DNA of 64,000 nucleotides, from positions 188 to 64,187 of the forward strand of contig DATKVR010000036.1 in NCBI GenBank assembly GCA_035529955.1, read 5' to 3'. Under the pieces are notes generated by a model. The model saw only the letters and a program-made list of their open reading frames with translations, did not search any database and was not told where the DNA came from. The first letter of the stretch is position 1. Each line of letters begins with the position of its first letter. Positions 29,205-38,870 of the stretch are shown in pieces. The position numbers and the translations under genes were made by a program. The stretch comes from Gallionella sp. (GTDB lineage: Bacteria; Pseudomonadota; Gammaproteobacteria; Burkholderiales; Gallionellaceae).

Positions 29205-29249
29205 GCAATAAAGCAAAAGGGCGGGTTTCCCGCCCTTTTGCTTTATTGC
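29205..29249. terminator. Bidirectional intrinsic terminator (21-bp perfect stem)
   Basis: GCAATAAAGCAAAAGGGCGGG-TTT-CCCGCCCTTTTGCTTTATTGC between convergent genes. Confidence 0.9.
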
Positions 29250-29333
29250 TGTTCACCGAGCCACGCTATGCCGGCGAGTCAGTTTTTTATGCAAGACCAG
29301 AATGACTTGCATCAATCCTGCCCTGCCGAATGA

Positions 29334-30332
29334 TTAGCCGATCAGACTGGCCATCGAAAGCAGCAGCAGCATGATCAGCCAGAGCACCACCGAACGCCAT
29401 ACCAGACCGACGGCACTTTGCATGGAATCCGGATCGGCGTCATCGCCCGTACCCAATTCTGCCCTGTCCTCCAGCAAACCGCCCTGCGGTATCGGCATAC
29501 CCAGACGCACCCCCAATGCACCCGCACCGCTGGCCAGCAAGATACCGGTTTCGTAGTCAGGCCATTTTGACGCCTGGGTGCGCCAGCAATAAACGGTGTC
29601 TTCAAAATCCCCGACGACGGCAAAGGTCATTGCGGTCAACCGGACCGGCAACCATTCCAGGACGTAGAACGTGATTCGCGCGAAGCCGCCAAATTCGTCC
29701 GGCCCGAGCTGCTCACCCTGATAGGAAATCTCCGGTGATGCTTCCGCCGTGGCGCTGCCCTCCACCCTGTTGTCCCCGGCATTCCATTGCGTGCGAAGAA
29801 ATAAAGCCAGTCGATAAAGTAACGCTCCCGCTGCACCGCCCATTCCCAGCACGCTGAACAGCACGAACCATACGATTACGCCGAACACGTAGCGGTGAGA
29901 TGCAATCAGCGCCTGTTCGATCGTGACGCGCGCCACTTCTTCGGCATTCAATTCGTGGGACGGCCTGCCGCGCCAACGCGACAGCAGATTGCGCGCCTCG
30001 TCCAGCCGGTCGGTCCGCAATGCCAGGTGAATATCGGTGAAATAATGGCTGAATTGCCTGAAACCCATGGTGAGATAAAGTACCAGCACGTTGAACGCCC
30101 AGGCAAGAACCGGATGAACGCGATACAACAGCCAATACACCGCCATGACAGCTGCCAACAGCGGCAGCACCGCGACCAGCCAGGCAATCATGCCGTGCTT
30201 GCGCTGCCCGGCATTGAAATGATGCTGGAAAAACTGCACATAGGCGGACAGCCAGCCATATAGATACTTGCGTGAAGAAAGCGGTTGGAGCTGTTCCAGT
30301 AAAAGCGCGGCAATCAGGGCAAACAAACTCAT
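29334..30332 (-). CDS. CobD/CbiB family membrane protein
   Basis: LYLTMGFRQFSH, EWLPVRLTA, FAVVGDFE and GAGALGVRLG motifs. Confidence 0.85.
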   Translation of the reverse strand: MSLFALIAALLLEQLQPLSSRKYLYGWLSAYVQFFQHHFNAGQRKHGMIAWLVAVLPLLAAVMAVYWLLYRVHPVLAWAFNVLVLYLTMGFRQFSHYFTDIHLALRTDRLDEARNLLSRWRGRPSHELNAEEVARVTIEQALIASHRYVFGVIVWFVLFSVLGMGGAAGALLYRLALFLRTQWNAGDNRVEGSATAEASPEISYQGEQLGPDEFGGFARITFYVLEWLPVRLTAMTFAVVGDFEDTVYCWRTQASKWPDYETGILLASGAGALGVRLGMPIPQGGLLEDRAELGTGDDADPDSMQSAVGLVWRSVVLWLIMLLLLSMASLIG

Positions 30333-30572
30333 GGCATCAGGATTTGCTTCGTCAGTTCAGATGGGATGAAAGATAGCACACTACGCCGGCGTTGCGCAGC
30401 TTGAACAGCGGGCTTGGCACTCGCCAACCGTTGCCGGCCCAATTTCAAGCACAGACGGCAGTTATGCGACAATCGCATACCGTGCCTGAATTCCGTTAAC
30501 CGGCCGGCACGGTGAGCGTGTCATTATTTTCACTCATGCGACGGAGCTGTCATCAGAAACTGGGCCCGAAAG

Positions 30573-31046
30573 TTGATCCCCGAAACGGCAATGGCCACGC
30601 TCGGCCTGCGGCTGTTTGGTTTCGCCAAAATTCCGATGATGCTTTATGTCAGGCCTTCCGTGCTGGAAATTTCGAACGAGCGGGCGGTGGTCAAAATTCC
30701 TTTGCGAAGAAGAACCAGAAATCATCTCGGATCGATGTACTTTGGCGCGCTCGGCGTTGGTGCAGACTGTGCTGTCGGTGCACTGGCCATGCACCTGATC
30801 AAACAGCAACCCGAGAACATATCGCTGATTTTCAGAAACTTCAGCGCTGAATTTCACAAGCGCGCCGAAGGCGACGTGGATTTTTCCTGCGCCCAGGGAA
30901 ACGAGATTGCGCATCTCGTCGCCCGGGCTGCAGCATCGGATGAACGGGTTGAAATAATGGCATTGGTCGTCGCGACCCTGCATGATCGGGGTGATGATCC
31001 GGTAGCCACATTCAAGTTAACGCTATCCATGAAGCGGCGGCCATAG
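30573..31046 (+). CDS. Hotdog-fold thioesterase-like protein (DUF4442)
   Basis: RRTRNHLGSMYFGAL and FHKRAEGDV motifs. Confidence 0.82.
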   Translation: MIPETAMATLGLRLFGFAKIPMMLYVRPSVLEISNERAVVKIPLRRRTRNHLGSMYFGALGVGADCAVGALAMHLIKQQPENISLIFRNFSAEFHKRAEGDVDFSCAQGNEIAHLVARAAASDERVEIMALVVATLHDRGDDPVATFKLTLSMKRRP

Positions 31047-31229
31047 CCATCAGTGTCGGGGAAAATCAAGTTCGGGTGAGTGGCAATAACTGCTCTCCGC
31101 AAATCCCGTTTTGAACGCCGGCTTGCAAGCGGGAAAACAGCCGTTCGCGGATGGAATGCAGAACAGCGGCAAACCGGTCCAAAAGCCGACCATTCACCAA
31201 AGCCCGAATTGTGTCATCATGCGGCACTT

Positions 31230-31484
31230 ATGAATGAAATCCTCGAATACATGAAGATGCATGGTGAACGACTCGACAAGGAGATCGCTGTGGCTACCGG
31301 CATATCGCTTGCTTCCGTGCGTTTGCAGTTGGTTGAGCTTACTGCCACCCATGAGATTGTGGCGTGCAAATCAATCAGGTTTCACAAGGGCAAGAAATCT
31401 GAGGGAACAATTTACCGAGTCGCCGGGTATTCTCCCCCGGCATCGCCAGGCAGAAAACCAAAGACACCCCTGAAACCAACCTAG
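31230..31484 (+). CDS. Small winged-helix DNA-binding protein
   Basis: ILEYMKMHGERLDKEIAVATGISLASVR helix-turn-helix; C-terminal PPASPGRKPK. Confidence 0.7.
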   Translation: MNEILEYMKMHGERLDKEIAVATGISLASVRLQLVELTATHEIVACKSIRFHKGKKSEGTIYRVAGYSPPASPGRKPKTPLKPT

Positions 31485-31699
31485 TTTCGCTTTCTGCTTG
31501 ACCAGAAAATAAATCGAAAACCACCGGCTGCGCCCCAGCTCCGGTAAACCAAAGTCGGACCGGCCCCGCAAAAAATCGCCATGACTGTCAATTTCGGGGA
31601 TGCCGGAATATATAAATTCACCTGATATTCCTCTGGTTCGACAAGCGTGTGGCAGGCCGGCCGATTGATGCACGGTTGCTATGTCTGTGCGCTGTGGAT

Positions 31700-33007
31700 T
31701 CAGGCTATCATCCCCGCCGCAACCGTATTGTTGGTCGCTTCGTCGATCACGATAAAGCTGCCGGTGGCACGATCGGTGGCGTAACTGTCGAACACCAGCG
31801 GCTGCTGCACCCTGATCGCCACATGCGCGATGTCGTTCATGTGCAGGGTATCGGTGGCGTGCCGTTCCAGCGTGTTCACGTCGACGCGGTAGTCTATCGC
31901 CGAGAACAGGCACTTCGCGGTGCGCGTGGTGTGCTTAACCAGGTACTTGCGATTCCCGTCGAGCGGTGTTTCGGACAGCCAGCACAGCATCGCTGCGAAT
32001 TGTTTCGCAACGATGGGCATGACTCCATTTCGCACGAACATGTCGCCGCGTGAAATGTCGATCTCGTCTTCCAGTGTCAGGGTCACCGATTGTGGTGCGT
32101 AGGCACGCTGCAGGTTGCCGTCGTAAGTCACGATCTCCTTCACCCGGGTGCTGCGACCCGAAGGCAGCACGGTGATCTCTTCGCCAACCGCGATCTCGCC
32201 TGCCTCGATGCGCCCCATGAAACCCCTAAAACCGTTGGCTTGATCAACGGTTTCGGCGGAGACTAACCCGCTACGCCGGGTTATGCCGGAACCAAAGTCG
32301 TTACCATGGACACGGCACACCCACTGCACCGGGCAACGGAAGTCGGTGGTGTTCACGTCGTAATCAATCACGATGTTTTCCAGCAGGTTCATCAGCGTCG
32401 TGCCCTGATACCAGTCCATGTTGTCGCCGCGATCCACCAGCATGTCACCCATCAATGCAGACAGCGGGATGCAGGTGATATCGTTCAGGCCCAGCTGTGC
32501 GGCGAACTTCAGGTACTCCGCGCAGATTTCACTGAACCGGGCTTCGGCATAATCGACCATGTCCATCTTGTTGACCGCCAGCACGATGTGCGGAATCCCA
32601 ACCAGGCTCGCCAGATAGGTGTGTCGACGGGTCTGCACCAACACGCCCTTGCGTGCATCCACGAGGATCACCACCAGGTTGGCGGTGCTCGCGGCCGTCA
32701 CCATGTTCCGCGTGTACTGTTCGTGGCCTGGCGTGTCGCCGATGATGAACTTGCGTTTCGGTGTCGCGAAATAGCGGTAAGCCACATCGATTGTGATGCC
32801 CTGCTCGCGCTCTGCCTGCAGGCCGTCGGTCAGCAGCGAGAAATCCACGGCAGCCATGCCGCGCTTTGCGCTGGTTTTTGAAATCGCAGAGAGTTGATCC
32901 TCGAAGATCGATTTCGAGTCATGCAGCAGACGGCCGATCAGCGTACTCTTGCCATCGTCGACGCTGCCCGCGGTGATGAATCTCAGTAATTGAGTCGTGT
33001 TACCCAT
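31700..33007 (-). CDS. cysN: Sulfate adenylyltransferase subunit 1 (no APS kinase domain)
   Basis: GSVDDGKST, EREQGITIDVAY, DTPGH and NKMD motifs. Confidence 0.96.
   Translation of the reverse strand: MGNTTQLLRFITAGSVDDGKSTLIGRLLHDSKSIFEDQLSAISKTSAKRGMAAVDFSLLTDGLQAEREQGITIDVAYRYFATPKRKFIIGDTPGHEQYTRNMVTAASTANLVVILVDARKGVLVQTRRHTYLASLVGIPHIVLAVNKMDMVDYAEARFSEICAEYLKFAAQLGLNDITCIPLSALMGDMLVDRGDNMDWYQGTTLMNLLENIVIDYDVNTTDFRCPVQWVCRVHGNDFGSGITRRSGLVSAETVDQANGFRGFMGRIEAGEIAVGEEITVLPSGRSTRVKEIVTYDGNLQRAYAPQSVTLTLEDEIDISRGDMFVRNGVMPIVAKQFAAMLCWLSETPLDGNRKYLVKHTTRTAKCLFSAIDYRVDVNTLERHATDTLHMNDIAHVAIRVQQPLVFDSYATDRATGSFIVIDEATNNTVAAGMIA
32245..32293 (+). repeat. Type II hairpin mini-element, copy c, in frame inside cysN
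   Basis: CAACGGTTTCGGCGGAGACTAACCC-GCTACGCC-GGGTTATGCCGGAACC followed by AAAG; aligns with copies a and b. Confidence 0.8.
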
Positions 33008-33008
33008 T

Positions 33009-33938
33009 TTAAAAATACCCTTCCTTTTTTCGCAACTCCATCGAGGCGTCCGATGTCTGATCGTCCATGCGCGTTGCGCCGCGTTCGGTGATGCGTGTGA
33101 TCGCGGTTTCCGCGATGATTTCCAGCGCATTAACTGCGGGCGAATCCACCGGGCAGGTGCAGGTGATATCACCGACGGTGCGGAAGCGCACGGTCTTCCT
33201 GATCACCGTTTCACCGGGCAGCGGCTGCACCAGTTCGCTCACCGGCATCAGGCCGCCGGCACGCTGGATCACCTCGCGTTCATGTGCAAAGTAGATGCTG
33301 GGTATCTCCAGTTTTTCGCGTTCTATGTATTGCCAAATGTCCATTTCCGTCCAGTTGCTGATCGGGAACACGCGGATGTTTTCGCCGGGGTGCACACGGG
33401 TGTTGTAGATGTCCCACAACTCCGGGCGCTGGTTCTTCGGATCCCACTGGCCGAACTCGTCGCGAAACGAAAAGATGCGTTCCTTGGCGCGCGACTTTTC
33501 CTCGTCGCGCCGCGCACCGCCCATGCAGGCATCGAAGCCGAATTCGGCGATGGTCTCCAGCAACGTCACTGACTGGAACACGTTGCGGCTTTGCAGTGTA
33601 TTCTTCAGCACCACCGTGCCTTTTTTGATCGAGCCTTCCAGAGAGCGCACGATCAGCCGTTCGCCCAACTCGGCGGCACGTTTGTCGCGAAACGCGATGA
33701 CCTCGGGAAAATTGTGTTCGGTGTCGATATGCACCAGCGGGAACGGGAACTTGGCCGGACGGAACGCTTTCTCCGCGAGCCGCAGCATCACGATGGAATC
33801 CTTGCCGCCGGAAAACAGCAATGCGGGATTTTTGCACTCTGCCGCGACCTCGCGCATGATGTGTATGGATTCGCTTTCCAGTGCGTCCAGATGGGTAAAG
33901 CTGTGTGCAGTCATATTGTTTTTCTCGATCAGTTCCAT
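33009..33938 (-). CDS. cysD: Sulfate adenylyltransferase subunit 2
   Basis: LFSGGKDS, GGARRDEEKSRAKER and QWDPKNQRPELW motifs. Confidence 0.97.
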   Translation of the reverse strand: MELIEKNNMTAHSFTHLDALESESIHIMREVAAECKNPALLFSGGKDSIVMLRLAEKAFRPAKFPFPLVHIDTEHNFPEVIAFRDKRAAELGERLIVRSLEGSIKKGTVVLKNTLQSRNVFQSVTLLETIAEFGFDACMGGARRDEEKSRAKERIFSFRDEFGQWDPKNQRPELWDIYNTRVHPGENIRVFPISNWTEMDIWQYIEREKLEIPSIYFAHEREVIQRAGGLMPVSELVQPLPGETVIRKTVRFRTVGDITCTCPVDSPAVNALEIIAETAITRITERGATRMDDQTSDASMELRKKEGYF

Positions 33939-33964
33939 GATATTTCCGTTTCAATAATCAGTGT

Positions 33965-34717
33965 TCAGACCAGCTCCGTGCTTTGCTCGGTGAATTTCTG
34001 CGCCGAAACGCCGGTCCCATGCGCAATCTGTATCACCCGGCTGGCATGCAGGCCGCATTCCTTGCTGTTGGGATCTTCCCACCACCAGCGTCCGGAACGG
34101 ATATCCTCGCCCGGCGTGACCGAACGGGTGCAGGGGGCGCAACCCAGGCTGGGATAGAACTGGTCATGCAGCTTGTTGTAGGGAACATCGTGCCGGCGGA
34201 TGTATGCCCACACGTCCTTGTTTGTCCAGTCCAGCAACGGATTGAATTTCTGCAAGCCGTTGTCTGTATCCCAGGCGGAGACTGCCAGCGTGCCGCGCGT
34301 CACCGCCTGATCGCGGCGCATCCCGGTGATCCATGCGCCTTTTCCGGCCAGCGCACGACGCAACGGTTCAACCTTGCGCGCGAAGCAGCAACCTTTGCGA
34401 TTCTCCACGCTGTTGTAAAATCCGTTGATGCCATGTTGCGCGACATAGGCTTCGACCAGCGCACTGTCCGGGAAGTAGACCTGTAGCGGAATCGCATAAT
34501 GGTTGCGCACCACTTGCATCAGTTCATAAGTTTCCTGCGGCAGACGACCGGTATCCAGGCTGAACATCCCGATGTCCAGATGGTTACGGGCAATAATATC
34601 GGTCAGCACCATGTCTTCCGCGCCCAGGCTGTTGGCAAAAACTACCGGGGGGAAATCACGGATTGCTGCGGAAAGTACAGTCCGCACCTGTTCAATTTTC
34701 TGGTCCAATGCACTCAT
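33965..34717 (-). CDS. cysH: Adenylyl-sulfate (APS) reductase, CysH family
   Basis: LDTGRL, CC..RKVEPL, GCAPCT and ECGLH motifs. Confidence 0.94.
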   Translation of the reverse strand: MSALDQKIEQVRTVLSAAIRDFPPVVFANSLGAEDMVLTDIIARNHLDIGMFSLDTGRLPQETYELMQVVRNHYAIPLQVYFPDSALVEAYVAQHGINGFYNSVENRKGCCFARKVEPLRRALAGKGAWITGMRRDQAVTRGTLAVSAWDTDNGLQKFNPLLDWTNKDVWAYIRRHDVPYNKLHDQFYPSLGCAPCTRSVTPGEDIRSGRWWWEDPNSKECGLHASRVIQIAHGTGVSAQKFTEQSTELV

Positions 34718-35226
34718 AATCCACCTCCGCGTTGTACACGGCGAAACAACGGCAATCTTTCGTCCGATGACGCCTGATAGGTAACTGAAAAGTCGTTCAA
34801 CCCCTTCAATGCCTCGCCGATGTCCCTGTCGGACCGGGTGGCGAAAGCATCGAAACCGACCCGCTGCAGGTAAAACATCTGGTCGCGCAGCACGTCGCCA
34901 ATTGCACGCAATTCGCCGGCATATCCCAGCCTGGTGCGCAAATGACGGGCGATCGTATAGCCGCGTCCATCGGCAAATTTCGGAAAATCGACCGCGATTA
35001 CCGCAAACCTTGCCAGATCGTTTTTCAAGTCATCCGCCCGCTCATCGCCGGCCAGCCACACACCCAGATCGGCGCGCGCTTTCAGAACATCTCGCTGTGC
35101 CTGCCACACTTTCAACGGCATGATGATTTTTCCATTTGGCACAACAATGCCGTTCGGCGTGTCGTTTTCTCCCAGACGAAGCACGGTCCATTCGTCAGCG
35201 GCTATCGTTTTGTTTTTGATGATCAT
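34714..35226 (-). CDS. DUF934 family protein
   Basis: FPKFADGRGY, GELRAIGDVLRDQ and RVGFDAF motifs; usual neighbour of cysI. Confidence 0.9.
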   Translation of the reverse strand: MIIKNKTIAADEWTVLRLGENDTPNGIVVPNGKIIMPLKVWQAQRDVLKARADLGVWLAGDERADDLKNDLARFAVIAVDFPKFADGRGYTIARHLRTRLGYAGELRAIGDVLRDQMFYLQRVGFDAFATRSDRDIGEALKGLNDFSVTYQASSDERLPLFRRVQRGGGL

Positions 35227-35229
35227 GTC

Positions 35230-36975
35230 TCAAATCCCCGCTGCATATAAAGGTGTGCCATGGGACGCGCCCGCTGCCAGCAAACGGTATTTCTCTCCAC
35301 CCAGCGCTGCATCGTCAGTTATCGGCGCCGCATAGACATGATCCTTGAACGGAATATGGCCGATACGGTGCACGGTATCGATGAATCGCTCGCCGTCAAA
35401 ACGTTCGCGCACAAACACCTCCAGCAGACGGCCGATGACCTCCGGTGTCTGCGCAAAGGTGAAGGAACGCCCGATCACCCTGCCCAGGCTGCTGTCATTG
35501 CCTTGCGCACCGCCGATCGAAATCTGGTACCACTCCTCGCCGTCCTTATCCACGCCGAGTATCCCGATGTTGCCGACGTGATGATGTCCGCAGGCATTCA
35601 TGCAGCCCGACATGTTCAGCTCGATCTCGCCGATGTCATGCTGGAAATCGAGGTTGTCGAAGCGCTCGGCAATCGCCTTGGCCAGCGGGATGGAACGCGC
35701 GTTCGCCAGCGAGCAGAAATCCCCGCCCGGGCAGCAGATAATGTCGGTCAGCAGGCCGATGTTGGGCGTGGCCATGCCCAATTCCCTGGCGGCTTGCCAC
35801 AACTCGAACAGGTCCGACTGCTTGACATCCGCGAGCACCAGATTCTGCATATGGGTGACGCGCAATTCGCCGTAGCTGAAGCGCTCTGCCAGTTCTGCCG
35901 CCGCGTCCATCTGCACGGCCGTTGCATCGCCGGGCGCGATGCCGGTTTTCTTCAGCGACAGCACCACTGCCGCATAGCCCGGTACCTTGTGCGGCTTGAC
36001 GTTGCGCTGCACCCAGTTGGAGAAGGCCCGGCTTTCGCTTATTTGTGCAGCCATCGCAGCATTGTGTTCCGGCAGTTGCTCATAATCTGGCGCGGTAAAA
36101 AATGCCGCGACACGGTTCAACTCCGCGGTCGTGATCGTGCATGGACCATCCTTGGTGTATTGCCAGTCCGCTTCCACGCGGCGCCTGAATTCGTCGATAC
36201 CGATCGCCTTCACCAGTATCTTGATGCGCGCCTTGTACAGGTTGTCGCGACGGCCGTATTCGTTGTATACGCGCACGATGGACTCGAGATAGGTGATCAC
36301 ATGCCGCCACGGCACGAAATCGCGAATCTCCGTGCCCAGGATGGGCGTGCGTCCCAGGCCGCCGCCCACCAGCACGCGAAAGCCGACTTCGCCCTGTGCA
36401 TTTTTTACCGCCGCCAGGCCGATATCGTGCACCGCCGTCGCCGCACGGTCCGTACTTGCGCCGGTGATCGCGATCTTGAATTTGCGCGGCAAATAGGCGA
36501 ACTCCGGATGGAACGTGCTCCATTGGCGCAATATCTCGGCATAGGGCCGCGGATCAACGATCTCGTCGCCCGCCACCCCGGCAAACTCGTCGCAGGTGAT
36601 ATTGCGTATGCAATTCCCGGATGTCTGGTTGGCGTGCATCTCCACGCCGGCCAGGTCGGCCAGAATATCCGGCGCATCTTCCAGCCTGATCCAGTTGAAC
36701 TGGACATTCTGGCGTGTGGAAAAATGACCGTAGCCGCGATCGTACTTGCGCGCGATTGCTGCAAGCATGCGCATCTGTGCGGCGCTCAGCAAACCGTAAG
36801 GTACGGCAACACGCAGCATGTAGGCATGGACCTGCAGGTACAACCCGTTGTGCAGGCGCAGGATGCGGAATTCGTCCTCGGTCAGTTCACCGGACAAGCG
36901 CCGGCGCACCTGGTCGGCAAATTGCGCAAGGCGCTGACCGGTGATCTCATGGTCGAATTTATCGTAACGGTACAT
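35230..36975 (-). CDS. cysI: Sulfite reductase hemoprotein (nitrite/sulfite reductase family)
   Basis: STRQNVQF, LPRKFKIA, CCPGGDFCSLA and SGCMNACGHH motifs. Confidence 0.93.
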   Translation of the reverse strand: MYRYDKFDHEITGQRLAQFADQVRRRLSGELTEDEFRILRLHNGLYLQVHAYMLRVAVPYGLLSAAQMRMLAAIARKYDRGYGHFSTRQNVQFNWIRLEDAPDILADLAGVEMHANQTSGNCIRNITCDEFAGVAGDEIVDPRPYAEILRQWSTFHPEFAYLPRKFKIAITGASTDRAATAVHDIGLAAVKNAQGEVGFRVLVGGGLGRTPILGTEIRDFVPWRHVITYLESIVRVYNEYGRRDNLYKARIKILVKAIGIDEFRRRVEADWQYTKDGPCTITTAELNRVAAFFTAPDYEQLPEHNAAMAAQISESRAFSNWVQRNVKPHKVPGYAAVVLSLKKTGIAPGDATAVQMDAAAELAERFSYGELRVTHMQNLVLADVKQSDLFELWQAARELGMATPNIGLLTDIICCPGGDFCSLANARSIPLAKAIAERFDNLDFQHDIGEIELNMSGCMNACGHHHVGNIGILGVDKDGEEWYQISIGGAQGNDSSLGRVIGRSFTFAQTPEVIGRLLEVFVRERFDGERFIDTVHRIGHIPFKDHVYAAPITDDAALGGEKYRLLAAGASHGTPLYAAGI

Positions 36976-37033
36976 TTGCTTTTTCCTTGCTTCTGATTTT
37001 TGAAGAAATCACTGGTGAGTCTTTTCTTGCCGG

Positions 37034-37816
37034 CTATACGAATACCATCCTGCAGCCGATGACCAGCAGCATGGTGGCCAGCACTGGGCGCAATACCTTC
37101 TCCGGCATTCGGGCGCTCAGGTGGCTGCCGATATAGATGCCGGGCCAGGAACCCAGCAGCAGACTGCCCAGCAATACCAGGTCTACCGTGCCCAGCGCCA
37201 GATGACCGAGCCCGGCAACCGCAGTCAGCGGTACGGCGTGCACGATGTCCGTGCCAACCAATTTTGCCGGGACGTGTCGCGGATATAAGAACAGCAAAAT
37301 CACCATCCCCAGCGCACCGGCGCCAACAGAGGAGAGGGTCACCATGATCCCGAGCAGTGCCCCGGTGATAATGGTTGCAGCCGGCAAATGGTGATGATGC
37401 AACTCGAATACCGTGCCATCCTCACGCTGCGCGAACTTTTTGATCCTGTTTTTTAACAGCAATGCGGCGGCGGTCAGTATCAGGGCCACGCTCAACACGC
37501 CGGTAACCAGACCGCTCAACGTCTTTTTATCCAGTGCCAGATATTTCAGCAGCGCGATCGTGACCACCGCGGCGGGCAGGCTGCCCAGACTGAGCAATCC
37601 GACGATCTTCCAGTCCACCGTGCCGCGCCGCGCATGCACCCAACCGCCCAGCGTCTTGGTCAGCGAGGCATACAGCAGATCGGTGCCGACCGCAGTAGCC
37701 GGGGAAACGCCGAACAGCAGCACCAGCAGCGGCGTCATCAGCGAACCGCCGCCCACCCCGGTGATGCCGACGATCAGCCCGACCAGAAAGCCGGATAATG
37801 TGTACATCCAGTCCAT
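37034..37816 (-). CDS. TauE/SafE family sulfur-compound transporter
   Basis: GITGVGGGSLMTP, AVGTDL and LVGTDIVHAVPL motifs. Confidence 0.9.
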   Translation of the reverse strand: MDWMYTLSGFLVGLIVGITGVGGGSLMTPLLVLLFGVSPATAVGTDLLYASLTKTLGGWVHARRGTVDWKIVGLLSLGSLPAAVVTIALLKYLALDKKTLSGLVTGVLSVALILTAAALLLKNRIKKFAQREDGTVFELHHHHLPAATIITGALLGIMVTLSSVGAGALGMVILLFLYPRHVPAKLVGTDIVHAVPLTAVAGLGHLALGTVDLVLLGSLLLGSWPGIYIGSHLSARMPEKVLRPVLATMLLVIGCRMVFV

Positions 37817-37926
37817 GCGCTATTTCCAGTTAGAATTCATGGAGCAGATTCTAGGCCGCGCGCCTTATACCTTTAAATACTTTTATGTTAGTATCTTATA
37901 ACCATTTACTATATTGATCGGATGCC

Positions 37927-38862
37927 ATGAACCTGCAGCAACTGAGATTCCTCAACGAGATCGTGCGCCAGGGATTGAATATCTCCGAGGCCGCGAACGC
38001 GCTGTATACCTCGCAGCCCGGCATCAGCAAACAGATCCGGTTGCTGGAACAGGAATTGGGTATCGAGATCTTCGTGCGCAACGGCAAGCGCATCGTGGCC
38101 ATCACCGAGCCCGGCCAGGCTGTGTTGTCTATCGCGCAGCGCATGCTGCACGATGCCGGCAACCTCAAGCAGGTCGCGGAGGAATTCCACTCGAAAAACA
38201 GCGGCAGCCTGACGATTGCCACCACGCACACCCAGGCGCGCTACGCCCTGCCGCCCACCGTCAAGCAGTTCATCAGGCTCTATCCCGGGGTGAAGCTGGG
38301 CCTGCACCAGGGCAGCCCGACGCAGATCGCCGAACAGGTGCTGGGCGGCGAAGCGGACATCGGCATTGCCACCGAGAGCCTCGCGCTGTACGACGAACTC
38401 GTCACCCTGCCCTGTTATGAATGGAACCATTGCGTGATTGCGCCGCTGAACCACCCGTTGCTGGCGGAGAAAAAACTGACGCTGGCAAAGGTCGCAAAAT
38501 ATCCGATCGTCACCTACGACTTCGCGTTCGCCGGTCGCAACAAGATCAACGCGGCGTTCGCAGCAGCCGGCATTCAGCCAAATATCGCGCTGACCGCAAT
38601 CGATGCGGACGTGATCAAGACCTATGTGGAGCTGGGTCTGGGTATCGGCATACTGGCGAAGATGGCATTCATCCCGGAACGCGACAAACAGCTGCGCATG
38701 ATCGATGCGGAACACCTGTTCAAGCCCAGTACCACCCGGATCGCGATACGCAAGAACGAATACCTGCGCGGTTATACTTACGACTTCATCGAACTGTTCG
38801 CCCCGCACCTGACCCGGGCAGCAGTTGCCAAAGCGATGCAAGCGTCGCTCCCGACCGAGTGA
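37927..38862 (+). CDS. cysB: CysB/Cbl family LysR regulator
   Basis: TSQPGISKQI, ATTHTQARY and DADVIKTYV motifs; divergent from the cys operon. Confidence 0.92.
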   Translation: MNLQQLRFLNEIVRQGLNISEAANALYTSQPGISKQIRLLEQELGIEIFVRNGKRIVAITEPGQAVLSIAQRMLHDAGNLKQVAEEFHSKNSGSLTIATTHTQARYALPPTVKQFIRLYPGVKLGLHQGSPTQIAEQVLGGEADIGIATESLALYDELVTLPCYEWNHCVIAPLNHPLLAEKKLTLAKVAKYPIVTYDFAFAGRNKINAAFAAAGIQPNIALTAIDADVIKTYVELGLGIGILAKMAFIPERDKQLRMIDAEHLFKPSTTRIAIRKNEYLRGYTYDFIELFAPHLTRAAVAKAMQASLPTE

Positions 38863-38870
38863 CCCCCGAC

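Noticed and set aside
29700-29790. Low-complexity loop in the CobD/CbiB protein as another repeat insertion
   Set aside because: No hairpin and no similarity to the repeats in this window; a variable loop is sufficient explanation
31080-31230. Short GC-rich motifs upstream of the winged-helix gene resembling recombination-site-like repeats, with a faint echo near 14790
   Set aside because: Too degenerate to align convincingly by eye
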